63,789 nt of DNA from a virus (IMGVR_UViG_3300027865_000008:1-63789), one strand, 5' to 3'; shown: positions 16,422 through 25,530, counted from the stretch's first letter. Notes: generated by a model not told the origin, from the sequence alone. Numbers and translations are program-made.

Positions 16422-16738
16422 CCGAAGAAACGGCAAAAGCATTACAAAAATTTCGAAAAGAAATCTGTAAGGATGTTTGTGAACATATTGATAAACTGGA
16501 ACCTAATTTCGAGAAAAAATTTGAAAAGTTCGAAAAAAAGTTTGATAAAAAGTTTGAAACATTAGAGCTTAAATTCGAGAAGCATGATGTGAAAAAAGAT
16601 TTTTACTATCACATAAAAGGTCATAAACGAGTGAATAAAGTTGCAGGTGGATTTATTACCGTTATGACCACTGGTTTTGGGTGGATATTTACAAAACTTC
16701 CATCTGAATTTTACCAGAGAATTTTACATCTATTTTAA
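16418..16738 (+). CDS. Coiled-coil protein with C-terminal hydrophobic segment (holin/XhlA-like candidate)
   Basis: KFEKKFEKFEKKFDKKFE heptads followed by VAGGFITVMTTGFGWIF; ATG overlaps the fibre stop. Confidence 0.45.
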   Translation: MTEETAKALQKFRKEICKDVCEHIDKLEPNFEKKFEKFEKKFDKKFETLELKFEKHDVKKDFYYHIKGHKRVNKVAGGFITVMTTGFGWIFTKLPSEFYQRILHLF

Positions 16739-16753
16739 GGAGGTGTTTATAAG

Positions 16754-17092
16754 ATGGAAATACATTACCTTGAGGCCGATTATAACAGAACGAGCAAGAG
16801 TGGTTCTATAAGGGTTGTTTACCATGTTCTAAATGATAAGGTGAACAATAATTATCCGGGAGTTACTGAAAGTAAAGTTATTTTGAATATAGAACAAGAG
16901 GAAATTGATGCTATTATTTCTGGTTCCGTTTATGAATATGTAAGAACTTATGAAAGGAATCTTACTGATGTAGGTGGTGTGGCTGCCTTAAAAGCTGAAA
17001 TTAAGGCAACTTATCCGGCTGTTCAAACCAAAGTCATGCAAATGTTGAATACAAATTACAAGCTTTACGGAGATACTGAAACTTACCCGTAA
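16754..17092 (+). CDS. Hypothetical protein (fibre module)
   Basis: SD AAGGAGGT; intact ORF in the structural operon. Confidence 0.6.
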   Translation: MEIHYLEADYNRTSKSGSIRVVYHVLNDKVNNNYPGVTESKVILNIEQEEIDAIISGSVYEYVRTYERNLTDVGGVAALKAEIKATYPAVQTKVMQMLNTNYKLYGDTETYP

Positions 17093-17147
17093 AATTCGAT
17101 ATAATATTAGATAGGTTCATTGGAATCAGCGTTTTAGGAGAAAATTA

Positions 17148-17546
17148 ATGGCCGACATAAAGAAAAACTGGAGTTCCCAGGTTTGGATAGAAGGTGATGC
17201 CGTTCCTACTTGGACTACATTGAGCAGTACCACAGAAGAATTTTCTGCAACCGTAAATATGGAAACAGATGGCTATGAAGCGGCCCACGTAAAAGCTGAG
17301 GTGGATTTCCAAGGTTCTCCAAATGGGAATATTGAAATTGCTTTTTATGGCTCTTTAGATGGGAGCGATTGGGATTCCGTTCCATTTCATAAAATAACCA
17401 TGGATAAGGATGCCGGTGACAATGATTTGAGTTTTGTTATTGCAGGATATTCTTATTGGAGAATGGGTTTTGTAAACACGAATGGTGCTGATACTGCTAA
17501 TAAAGTTCGCGCCTCCTATAAAGGCTGGAATTACGTAAGTACTTAA
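17148..17546 (+). CDS. Hypothetical virion beta-sandwich protein
   Basis: SD AGGAG; contains an IAFYGSLDGSDWD-type motif. Confidence 0.6.
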   Translation: MADIKKNWSSQVWIEGDAVPTWTTLSSTTEEFSATVNMETDGYEAAHVKAEVDFQGSPNGNIEIAFYGSLDGSDWDSVPFHKITMDKDAGDNDLSFVIAGYSYWRMGFVNTNGADTANKVRASYKGWNYVST

Positions 17547-17584
17547 TATTTTTCCGATCGTAATTTAAATTTTGGAGATAATTT

Positions 17585-19291
17585 GTGCTTACACCTGTAC
17601 TCAAACCGTCACCTGGTACAGTATTAGATCCTGGCCACCGTTTTGCTCGTGGTCTGATCATTACTTATCTAATAAACGAACGTATAGGTAATACGCTTTA
17701 TGATTTGTCAGGAAATCAATTGCACGGAACTTTTGCTGGTGGTACTGGAGTACCATCATGGGTTGCCGGTGGAAATGGATACGCGCTCAGTTTTAATTCT
17801 ACAAATAGCCACAGGATAAATTGTGGTAATAGTTCGCTTTTCGATACTGATGATACCGGAGAATTAACGTTAATAGCGTATATAAAAACAAACGCTTTGA
17901 GCGATCGTCACATAATATCAAAGGGTGATACTGGTGATTATCAGTACACATTGAGAATGGACGGTGAAAACGTTCAAATTAATGCGTGGGTGGCTAATGG
18001 TGCAGATCATTTAGTCGCTTTATCATCAGCGGTGGTAAATGATAATAAATATCACTTGATAGTCGGAACGATTAAAGATGGTGTCGAAGCGCGTATATAT
18101 GTCGATGGAGTATTGAGCGGGAGTGATACTTCGTCAGCTGGCACGTGGAATAAGAGCGGTAATGCAAATTTTCTAATTGGCGGTCGTGATGATGGTGCTG
18201 GGTATTGGCCAGATGATATAGGATACATTGCTGCTTATAATAGAGTATGGTCTGCTGAGGAAATTCGTGAGTTACAAATTGATCCATTTGCAAAGTTTCG
18301 TAATCAGAGAGTGGTTAGTGGGTCTTTTTTGGCTGGGGCAGCTATTAATACAAGGAGTATACCCAATATGGTTAAACCAGTAAGAGGAACTATCTTAAAT
18401 ACGTCTGATTATATAACTCGTGGTTTGATTACTAGTTATCCTGTAAACGAGGGAAACGGTGATAAGCTTTATGATTTATCGGGTAACAATATAGTAGCAA
18501 CGTTTACCAATATGGATCCGTCTACTGATTGGATTGCAGGCAATTCAGGATATGCTATAAACTTTCCAGGTGCTAATGAGTTCATTCTTATGGAAGATAG
18601 TGACGTTTTTAACGGTTTGGGAGAACTATCTATTGAATGTGTCTTTATGCTAAGTGAGTTACCAAGCGATAGAGCCGAGCGGGGATTATTGGTTTCTTTA
18701 CCTCGTACCGAGGCACCGTGGCTTTCTTTTCGTTTAGGTGTTGATGACGCTTCGGATAAAGTAATTTTCAGTGTTCGGAATATAGATCCAGCATTGGAAG
18801 ATGTTTTGTCTACAGATTCATTGGTAATAAATACGTGGTATCACGTTATTGGTGTTTATAACGGCATTGATTTGAGGATATACATAAATGGTGTGTTGAA
18901 TTGTACCCCAGTAATTCAGGACGATTTAATTTTGGATTCGGTTTCAACTGTTAGAATTGGTGCTAACACTGCTTTTGACCAACGTTTAAATGGTCAAATA
19001 GAGTATGTTAACATTTGGAATAGAGGTCTTCTTGCTGTTGAGGCATTACAAAGACAATTTGACCCATATCGGATGTATCACTGGCCTTCACGAGCATTAT
19101 TTTACATGTCATCCATTCCAATTTATAATTGTCCACTTGCATCTAATGCGGCTGGTTCAGGATCAGCTGACGATTCGATGAAGATATGTCCATCATGTGC
19201 GCTGTTTGATACAAAAAGTTTACAATGCATGTTTCGCCAAAAATTAATTTATGGACAGGATAATTGGAGAGGTAAGACACTTCCGGCATGA
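17585..19291 (+). CDS. Tandem LamG/ConA-like jelly-roll protein with C-terminal Cys4 module
   Basis: Two repeats of GLI..Y..NE..G..LYDLSGN...W(Y)H...G......IY..G...IG...YNR; tail homologous to 63114..63320. Confidence 0.88.
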   Translation: MLTPVLKPSPGTVLDPGHRFARGLIITYLINERIGNTLYDLSGNQLHGTFAGGTGVPSWVAGGNGYALSFNSTNSHRINCGNSSLFDTDDTGELTLIAYIKTNALSDRHIISKGDTGDYQYTLRMDGENVQINAWVANGADHLVALSSAVVNDNKYHLIVGTIKDGVEARIYVDGVLSGSDTSSAGTWNKSGNANFLIGGRDDGAGYWPDDIGYIAAYNRVWSAEEIRELQIDPFAKFRNQRVVSGSFLAGAAINTRSIPNMVKPVRGTILNTSDYITRGLITSYPVNEGNGDKLYDLSGNNIVATFTNMDPSTDWIAGNSGYAINFPGANEFILMEDSDVFNGLGELSIECVFMLSELPSDRAERGLLVSLPRTEAPWLSFRLGVDDASDKVIFSVRNIDPALEDVLSTDSLVINTWYHVIGVYNGIDLRIYINGVLNCTPVIQDDLILDSVSTVRIGANTAFDQRLNGQIEYVNIWNRGLLAVEALQRQFDPYRMYHWPSRALFYMSSIPIYNCPLASNAAGSGSADDSMKICPSCALFDTKSLQCMFRQKLIYGQDNWRGKTLPA

Positions 19292-19382
19292 GAGATGTAT
19301 ATAAAATTATTATGAAAATATGAATATTCTATTTTGAAAATTTCCCAATCGTAATTTCAGCAAGGCTGAGGAGGTATGAATA

Positions 19383-19880
19383 ATGGCAAAAGGCACCATA
19401 ATGTTGCCAGTAACAGCAGCAAAAATATCAGGGGATTTTATAACCAATCCTGCACGTATAGACAATGGTTTGGGGGGTGGCGCATTGTTGTTTGCTGCCG
19501 ATCAAACCGAAAGTGCCATGTGGGTATTTAGAATGCCAGAGAATTATGGTTCTGCTCTTACAGCTAAACTGCAATATTCTATGGCATCAGCAACGTCGGG
19601 AAAAGTTGACATGGAAGTAGAAGTCATGGCCGTAAGTGATGGAGATTCGCAAGATCTGGATACAGCCAGTTTTGCTGCTGTTAATGAGATAGCGGGAGGT
19701 ACAACTGTACCGGGAACTGCGGGATACCTTGATGAAATAAGTATAACCCTTTCTAATGCTGATAGTTTGACTGCTGGTGATTTGGTATATATTAGGATTA
19801 ATCGTGATCATGATGATACTGACGATACTGCTGCTGGTGATTTAGAAATGAGAGCTTTGAGTCTCGAATATACAATATAA
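19383..19880 (+). CDS. Hypothetical virion/fibre-associated protein
   Basis: SD GAGGAGGT; F.MP..Y, AGDLV.IRI.RD...DDT..GD motifs. Confidence 0.6.
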   Translation: MAKGTIMLPVTAAKISGDFITNPARIDNGLGGGALLFAADQTESAMWVFRMPENYGSALTAKLQYSMASATSGKVDMEVEVMAVSDGDSQDLDTASFAAVNEIAGGTTVPGTAGYLDEISITLSNADSLTAGDLVYIRINRDHDDTDDTAAGDLEMRALSLEYTI

Positions 19881-19892
19881 CAGAGGTGAATC

Positions 19893-20174
19893 ATGGCAAT
19901 AGCAAAACAAAAATACGTTCAGGCATTTGTACAAATTATGAACAGGGTCGTGGATCTGGAACAACAAGCAGATACAATAGTTCAAGAAGCTAAAACAAAA
20001 TTTCTTGATTTGGGTATAGACTTATCCGACACAAATTTAACGCCAGCACAAATTAGTGCTATTAGTAATCATATTAATAGTTTGAACGATTTAGCCACTG
20101 GTGCGGTTGCGACTTTTGTTAAGGAAAAAAACATGCCTTCTCATGGAACAAAACTTATAGACGATTTAGAATGA
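19893..20174 (+). CDS. Hypothetical protein
   Basis: SD GAGGT; coupled to the next gene. Confidence 0.6.
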   Translation: MAIAKQKYVQAFVQIMNRVVDLEQQADTIVQEAKTKFLDLGIDLSDTNLTPAQISAISNHINSLNDLATGAVATFVKEKNMPSHGTKLIDDLE

Positions 20175-21982
20175 GTATATTACTTAACGGTACAGATGAA
20201 TATTTAGAGGGAGATAGTAATGAATCGAGTTTCGATATCGATAGGACAGATCCCTTTTCTTTTTCTGTATGGTTAACAGCTGATACAAAAAACAGATTTA
20301 TTTTTTCTAAAGCTCCAACTGGGGGGGCATTTGAAGGTATACATATTTTCAATCACACAGCAGGAGGGCAAGTTAGTTTTTATTTAATAAATAACTTTGG
20401 TGGTGATAATTATCTCTTTACAGCAAGTACAAATAGTGTGGCGCCCGATGGCAATTGGCACCATGTTCTTGTTACTCATGATGGTTCTGGACATACAGAT
20501 GGAGTCGAGATCTATATAGATGGTGTGAAAGAAACACAGCAAAGCCAGCATAATACATTAACCGGATCCATATTGAATAATATTGAAATACAATTGGGTG
20601 CAAGAAATGCTGCATCGTTTCATGATGGGCAACTTTCTGATGCCGCTTTCTGGGATATAGAACTTACGGAGGCTAATGTAAAATCCATATGGAATTCGAG
20701 ACAAAAGCATATGCCGCTGCAAATAAACCCATCAAATTTAATAGCATATTGGCCACTTGATGATAAATCGGACGGCACAGATGTTACGGATGATACCTTG
20801 AGAGATATGTCGGGAAATGGGAATGGTATTCTTGTAAAAAATGGTGGGATAATGAGAGCAGAGGAATATTTAAGTTATCCTGGACAAATTATTATTCCCA
20901 GCAGTTTAGGTGTCCTATTGAAAGTTGCTAATGAGACATTACAGATTAACGAAAGTACTATCAGACTGGGCAATTCAACAAGACTAAAAAATGAAACTGT
21001 ACAGATTAATGAAGGCACTATTAGGCTGGGGAATTCAACAAGACTAAAAAATGAAACTGTACAGGTTAATGAAGGCATATTAAGAAAGCTTGTTTCCAAC
21101 AGAATTATTGCTGAAACTCTAAATTGGGGTGAAAATATTCTACGGAAATTGGATAGTATCAGAATTATATCTGAAACTATTCAATTTACAGAGGATTTAA
21201 TTCGAAAATGCGTTTCTACCAGGATTACAAATGAGTCTATAAGTATCAACGAAGGCATACTCAAGTTTACTGGGATATTTAAACTTGTTAATGAGACTGT
21301 TCAATGGGGTGAAGATATTTTAAGAAAGCTGGTAAGCATTAGGATTATCAGTGAAACTATTCAGTGGGGCGAGGATAAACTGAGAAAGTTAAATAGTATC
21401 AGAATTATATCTGAAACTATTCAATTTGCAGAGAATTCTATTAGAAAATGTGTTTCTAATAGAATTGTAAATGAAACTATAGGTATTAATGAAAGTACTC
21501 TTAGGTTTTCTGGAATATTTAAACTCGTTAGTGAAACTGTTCAATGGGGTGAAGGCATCCTAAGAAAGTTGGTTTCCAATCGAATTATATCTGAAACGCT
21601 CCAATGGAGCGAAAGTGTACTAAGGAAACTGGCCAGTATCAGGATTATTGCTGAAAATTTGAATTGGAATGAAAATTCTCTATATCTGAGAGGCATTAAA
21701 CGAATAATTAATGAAACATTCCAATGGGGCGAAGGAATTGTAAAGAAACTGGCAGTAACGGGTATTGCTGTTATAAAAGTTATAAATGAGACTGTGCAAT
21801 TTGCAGAAGGTCTTATTCGGAAGGCAGCTTCCATTAGAATAATTGATGAAAGTCTGTCGTGGATAGAATCGTTATTAAAATCTTCTTGGCTTTATCTTTT
21901 TAAACCGCAAATGAAGATTTTGAAAGATATGCCACAGATGAAAAGTCTAAAGGGAAGGAAATTCATGAAATGGATACGTTAA
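20171..21982 (+). CDS. LamG-domain protein with long 20-aa repeat shaft
   Basis: N-terminal LamG (WHHV..T.DG....IYIDG); roughly 16 repeats of RII.ET.QW.E...RK. Confidence 0.85.
   Translation: MSILLNGTDEYLEGDSNESSFDIDRTDPFSFSVWLTADTKNRFIFSKAPTGGAFEGIHIFNHTAGGQVSFYLINNFGGDNYLFTASTNSVAPDGNWHHVLVTHDGSGHTDGVEIYIDGVKETQQSQHNTLTGSILNNIEIQLGARNAASFHDGQLSDAAFWDIELTEANVKSIWNSRQKHMPLQINPSNLIAYWPLDDKSDGTDVTDDTLRDMSGNGNGILVKNGGIMRAEEYLSYPGQIIIPSSLGVLLKVANETLQINESTIRLGNSTRLKNETVQINEGTIRLGNSTRLKNETVQVNEGILRKLVSNRIIAETLNWGENILRKLDSIRIISETIQFTEDLIRKCVSTRITNESISINEGILKFTGIFKLVNETVQWGEDILRKLVSIRIISETIQWGEDKLRKLNSIRIISETIQFAENSIRKCVSNRIVNETIGINESTLRFSGIFKLVSETVQWGEGILRKLVSNRIISETLQWSESVLRKLASIRIIAENLNWNENSLYLRGIKRIINETFQWGEGIVKKLAVTGIAVIKVINETVQFAEGLIRKAASIRIIDESLSWIESLLKSSWLYLFKPQMKILKDMPQMKSLKGRKFMKWIR
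20920..21880 (+). repeat. 60-nt (20-aa) degenerate coding repeats with 240-nt higher-order period
   Basis: e.g. atagtatcagaattatatctgaaactattcaattt at about 21153 and 21393. Confidence 0.85.
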
Positions 21983-22209
21983 AAAGAACATTGAAAATCA
22001 GCGTTTCTTTCATTGGTATGTTGATTCTATTGATCTTGCCTTATGGCTTAGTAATATTGGGACAGTGGATAGTAGAAAAAATAAAGCAACTCCCATCAAT
22101 AAACGAAACCCTGAAAATGAATGAAAATGTAATAGTCATTCTGAATAATGGTACACAAACAAAGAAATATGATTCAAAAAGGAGGATTATGCAATGGAGA
22201 AAAGCTTGA
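21970..22209 (+). CDS. Small membrane protein carrying one copy of the INETL shaft repeat
   Basis: Hydrophobic N-terminal half; SINETLKMNENV resembles the upstream repeats. Confidence 0.45.
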   Translation: MDTLKRTLKISVSFIGMLILLILPYGLVILGQWIVEKIKQLPSINETLKMNENVIVILNNGTQTKKYDSKRRIMQWRKA

Positions 22210-22712
22210 AAGAAAGATTGGCCAGTAAAGTAAACGTTATAGCCATTCTAGAAAATAAGAAAACTGGCGAGAAAAGGATAATCAAAACCCATAATATTGT
22301 CACAAATGATGGGGACGTATATTATGCCCAGAGTGGTGCTGCCGAATCTCCCACAAATACATTTAATTCAATGTATCTCGGGACTACAGGTTCACCATCT
22401 ACAGGGAAAACTTCTGATTATAGCGATATTACTTTCCAGAGTGGTAGTGAAAAACTGGTTAAGTCTACATATCCCAAAACCGATGATGGTGACAGTGACA
22501 ATACGGGAGCTGGTGTTGACAAAGTGACCTGGACATTTGAATATTCTGCAGGTGACGGTAATTGGACGGGTATTACAGAGGGCATAATCAGTATTGCCAG
22601 TGCAAGTGGATCGGACCCTGTGTTGACACATTTCTCTTTTGGTGGTGCATTCAATAAGGATAGCAGTACGACACTGAAAGTTATTGTAAACCATGAAGCA
22701 AACGGTGTGTAA
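22194..22712 (+). CDS. Hypothetical fibre-anchor-like virion protein
   Basis: HNIVTNDG..Y and ITE..I.......TH..F...NK....L motifs. Confidence 0.65.
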   Translation: MEKSLKERLASKVNVIAILENKKTGEKRIIKTHNIVTNDGDVYYAQSGAAESPTNTFNSMYLGTTGSPSTGKTSDYSDITFQSGSEKLVKSTYPKTDDGDSDNTGAGVDKVTWTFEYSAGDGNWTGITEGIISIASASGSDPVLTHFSFGGAFNKDSSTTLKVIVNHEANGV

Positions 22713-23071
22713 TGGAAGTAATTGGTGATGTAACAATACGGGCAGGAAGTCAGGATTATATCGAGTGGCAATTGTTACAAGAAGATGGTATCACGCCTAT
22801 TTCGCTTGTAAGTGCTACAAGTGTTACATTAAGATTTAAACATAAAGTAAGTGATGCTGTCACAGAATTTAAAACCACAGATAATCCGCAGAAGCTTTTT
22901 ATTAAGGATGCTGCTGATGTGGAAATACAATTACGTCCGGCAGTGGCTGATTTCACAGTTGTCGGTAGTTATAAATTTCATACAATAGTAGTCGATGGAA
23001 TAGGTAATCATCCAATACCAGAGGGTGAAAATTATACATTACAGGTGATTGATAGTTATCCTTCTTCCTAG
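22712..23071 (+). CDS. Hypothetical virion protein (BppU-N-like)
   Basis: DG.TPISL...V motif; last gene of the structural operon. Confidence 0.55.
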   Translation: MEVIGDVTIRAGSQDYIEWQLLQEDGITPISLVSATSVTLRFKHKVSDAVTEFKTTDNPQKLFIKDAADVEIQLRPAVADFTVVGSYKFHTIVVDGIGNHPIPEGENYTLQVIDSYPSS

Positions 23072-23103
23072 TTACATGTCGATGAAAATAAATTTGGGGT
23101 ATA

Positions 23104-23132
23104 TTGTAAATTATTCAAATGTTTAGTATACT
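23104..23132 (+). promoter_or_regulatory. Putative sigma70 promoter for a short RNA
   Basis: TTGTAA-N17-TATACT. Confidence 0.45.
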
Positions 23133-23167
23133 TTAGATGTCACCATAACCCTGTGACACCTTGTTTG

Positions 23168-23208
23168 AAGCCATGAGATGCGCCACAATGCGTCTTGTGG
23201 CTTTTTTT
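23168..23208 (+). terminator. Intrinsic terminator
   Basis: AAGCCATGAGATGCG/TGCGTCTTGTGGCTT stem followed by a T run. Confidence 0.85.
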
Positions 23209-23253
23209 ATTGCCTTTTATCCTGCCAGAAACATTCTATAAAACACGCATAAA

Positions 23254-23374
23254 ATATCTAATATTAGATATATATACCGGCCGCAAAATAATTATTAACA
23301 TATATATACGAATCTCCTTGACAATGATTTTCGCGCAGTATAATATCTATAGTTAGATGTCTAACATTAGAGGG
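23254..23374 (+). promoter_or_regulatory. Promoter with three palindromic operators
   Basis: TTGACA at 23318 and TATAAT at 23339 / TAATAT at 23341. Operators ATATCTAATATTAGATAT (23254), ATATCTATAGTTAGATGT (23343), ATGTCTAACATTAGAGGG (23357). Confidence 0.7.
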
Positions 23375-23378
23375 GACT

Positions 23379-23588
23379 ATGACAAAAGCACGCATAAAAC
23401 GAATTAAATGTTTGTTAATAAATTGGGGAATAACGCAACGGGATTTAGCCATAGAAATAGGCAAAACGTATCATGTAGTAAATAAAGTGATTCTGGGAAA
23501 GTTGGAAACTCCAGAAGTTAGAAAAAAAATTGCTGTGTTTTTCGACGAATCATATAAGAAATTATGGGGGGAAGATGAATCAGCTTGA
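23379..23588 (+). CDS. Cro/Ner-like HTH regulator
   Basis: GITQRDLAIEIGKTYHVVNKVILG HTH. Confidence 0.85.
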   Translation: MTKARIKRIKCLLINWGITQRDLAIEIGKTYHVVNKVILGKLETPEVRKKIAVFFDESYKKLWGEDESA

Positions 23589-23805
23589 CCGTGTCGAGGA
23601 AAAAATAAATAAAATTATCGCATTTTTAGAAAACGATTTGCTCAACCTCATCAGTGATGAGAGGTTCGTTTGTAAAGATGAATGTCCCGACCATGAAGGG
23701 CGGCGTGATAAGTTTGATCAGTCCCCAATGGTAATGTGTCCAATGTTTCAGCGGATATGTGTAAATACAGAATGTGATCCTAAGAAGAAGTGGAATGTAG
23801 GTTGA
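23575..23805 (+). CDS. Hypothetical Cys-containing protein
   Basis: ORF with SD GGGGG; ATG at 23575 preferred to the TTG at 23530. Confidence 0.5.
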   Translation: MNQLDRVEEKINKIIAFLENDLLNLISDERFVCKDECPDHEGRRDKFDQSPMVMCPMFQRICVNTECDPKKKWNVG

Positions 23806-23806
23806 A

Positions 23807-24010
23807 ATGAACGTGTTTTGTGGGATAGGTAAAAGTGAGCAAGAAGAAAACATTGAACAGAGATGGAGAAACGAGCTTACAGAATATCAATTGAAAGGAA
23901 ACTTAAAGGGTTATGAAACCTATGTTAGTTGGGAATTGTGGGATATTCTTGAAAAGTTCTATCCCGACCAAGAGAAAAAGTTACTGCAATATATCGCTGA
24001 TAGGAAATGA
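23807..24010 (+). CDS. Hypothetical protein
   Basis: Intact ORF in the operon. Confidence 0.5.
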   Translation: MNVFCGIGKSEQEENIEQRWRNELTEYQLKGNLKGYETYVSWELWDILEKFYPDQEKKLLQYIADRK

Positions 24011-24035
24011 ATAGTTCAGGGCTACTAACAAAAAC

Positions 24036-24064
24036 TTGCAAGTACTTGTACCTCTTGCTAGACT
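24036..24064 (+). promoter_or_regulatory. Putative promoter containing a CTTGCAMGTACTTG motif (shared with 37884)
   Basis: TTGCAA-N17-TAGACT. Confidence 0.45.
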
Positions 24065-24101
24065 TAAAATATAAACAATATTTTATACGGAGGTACAAGA
24101 A

Positions 24102-24296
24102 ATGTTTTCATCTTCAAGTGTCAGAAAAGCAAAAACAGAAACGAGTCAAAAACAGTATCCATTTTGTTTGGAATGTGTGTTTTGGCAGCAAGAAAATTGG
24201 TCTGGTGATTCTGGTGATGGTAGATGTCCGTTAAAAGGGGAAGATACAAACGGGTTTGACGGATGCGAAAAGGGGGTTGACAGTGTCAATAATTAA
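24102..24296 (+). CDS. Small Cys4 (CxxC..W...G.C...C) protein
   Basis: SD GGAGG; CLECVFW...GRC...C. Confidence 0.55.
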   Translation: MFSSSSVRKAKTETSQKQYPFCLECVFWQQENWSGDSGDGRCPLKGEDTNGFDGCEKGVDSVNN

Positions 24297-24372
24297 AAAG
24301 GGACTGTCGAACCGAGAAAAACGACAGCCCCCTAACTTGGAAAATTGGAAAAGAAACATGATGAGTACTTAA
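24295..24372 (-). ncRNA. Putative minus-strand small RNA
   Basis: Minus-strand TTTACA-N16-TAGACT (24406-24379) and terminator GGGGCTGTCG/CGACAGTCCC+TTTTT, whose G-U pair works only on the minus strand. Confidence 0.45.
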
Positions 24373-24420
24373 CTTATAAGTCTATCATAAAATGTTGAAA
24401 TGTAAATCATTGGTTAATAA

Positions 24421-24507
24421 TAGTGCGGGAATGTTAGTTTTTGTTCCATATACCATATGGAGCTTCCCTTTTTTCTAACAAGGAGCTGTGGCTCTATTCC
24501 CGCACTG
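24421..24507 (+). ncRNA. Multi-branched structured RNA element
   Basis: AGTGCGGGAAT/ATTCCCGCACT closing stem encloses GTTAG/CTAAC, TTCCATAT/ATATGGAG and GGAGC/GCTCT. Confidence 0.55.
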
Positions 24508-24523
24508 CTAAGGAGAGTTTCTA

Positions 24524-24802
24524 GTGTCGATTAATGAGTTGGAAGGTGGTGCGAATGAATGTGTCGTAGAAATATGTTCCACGTGTCATTATGGACAGTT
24601 TCATGAAGAGAAAAAACAATCTAAATTACAAACCGGAGTGTGTACTGAATCAAAACCCATTTTTGTAGGTGATGGATTTCGCAGACCGGAAATTCATAAA
24701 ACGGATTACGGGTGTACGTTCTGGAAAATTAGCCGCAGAAATGAGTGTAATAAACAGTTGGGAAAAACATTATTAGGGAGGAAAGAGAAGAAATGTCAGT
24801 AG
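24524..24802 (+). CDS. Small Cys4 protein
   Basis: CSTCHY...GVC...YGCTFW; SD AAGGAG. Confidence 0.55.
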   Translation: MSINELEGGANECVVEICSTCHYGQFHEEKKQSKLQTGVCTESKPIFVGDGFRRPEIHKTDYGCTFWKISRRNECNKQLGKTLLGRKEKKCQ

Positions 24803-25179
24803 ATGGAATTTTCAAGGCGTTATCAGATCCTACGAGAGTTCGAATATTAAAAATATTATGTTTGACGGATTTACCACTTCCAGGTGGGGAGATTGCTAAG
24901 ATTTTGGATGAGCATCATTATAATATTTCGCGCCATTTAAAAATCTTGCGAAAAGAAGGGTTCGTTAAGGTTGTTGAGCAGGAACGTTATGTGTTCTGTT
25001 TCATAAAGAGTTCGGATATTCTCCATCATGTGATGTCCATTATAGCTACAAAAGAACCAGAATTAACTTTCCGGGATGATGTTTCGCGTTTGTCAGAGTA
25101 TTTACTTGCGCCAATAGCTCTTATGAAGAAGGACGGAACGATAATTATAGATTATATTGTTCGGGGGAGAAGGGCATGA
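24793..25179 (+). CDS. ArsR/SmtB-family transcriptional regulator
   Basis: IFKALSDPTRVRIL...EIA..L.....ISRHLKILRKEGFV. Confidence 0.9.
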   Translation: MSVDGIFKALSDPTRVRILKILCLTDLPLPGGEIAKILDEHHYNISRHLKILRKEGFVKVVEQERYVFCFIKSSDILHHVMSIIATKEPELTFRDDVSRLSEYLLAPIALMKKDGTIIIDYIVRGRRA

Positions 25180-25508
25180 GCAAAGTTGAAGGTGGTTATC
25201 AGCCAGATCCCAAAAACGGAAATTTGAATACAGGTAATCCGCCTCAAGGTGGTTCTGGTGTGCCTAATACTTCGGATACAGATGAAAAAGTATCTGGTGC
25301 CACGTGGGATGTAAAAATAATTTCTGGGGGGATAGATGGGCAAGTAAATTGTGACGCGCTAGCAAGTGAATTAAAGGAATATCTCGATTCACATTATTCT
25401 GGGATTGAGATGCCAACTGTCGAGTTCAGATTTAGTGTTGATGCTGATGGGTGTATGTGGGGCGCCTACTCAATTTATTCTGCAAAGATAAAACCAACAA
25501 TGTGGTGA
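25176..25508 (+). CDS. Hypothetical protein with GGYQP...NPPQGGSGVP N-terminus
   Basis: Intact, translationally coupled ORF. Confidence 0.55.
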   Translation: MSKVEGGYQPDPKNGNLNTGNPPQGGSGVPNTSDTDEKVSGATWDVKIISGGIDGQVNCDALASELKEYLDSHYSGIEMPTVEFRFSVDADGCMWGAYSIYSAKIKPTMW

Positions 25509-25530
25509 TAAGTGCAGGAAACAGGCAAAA

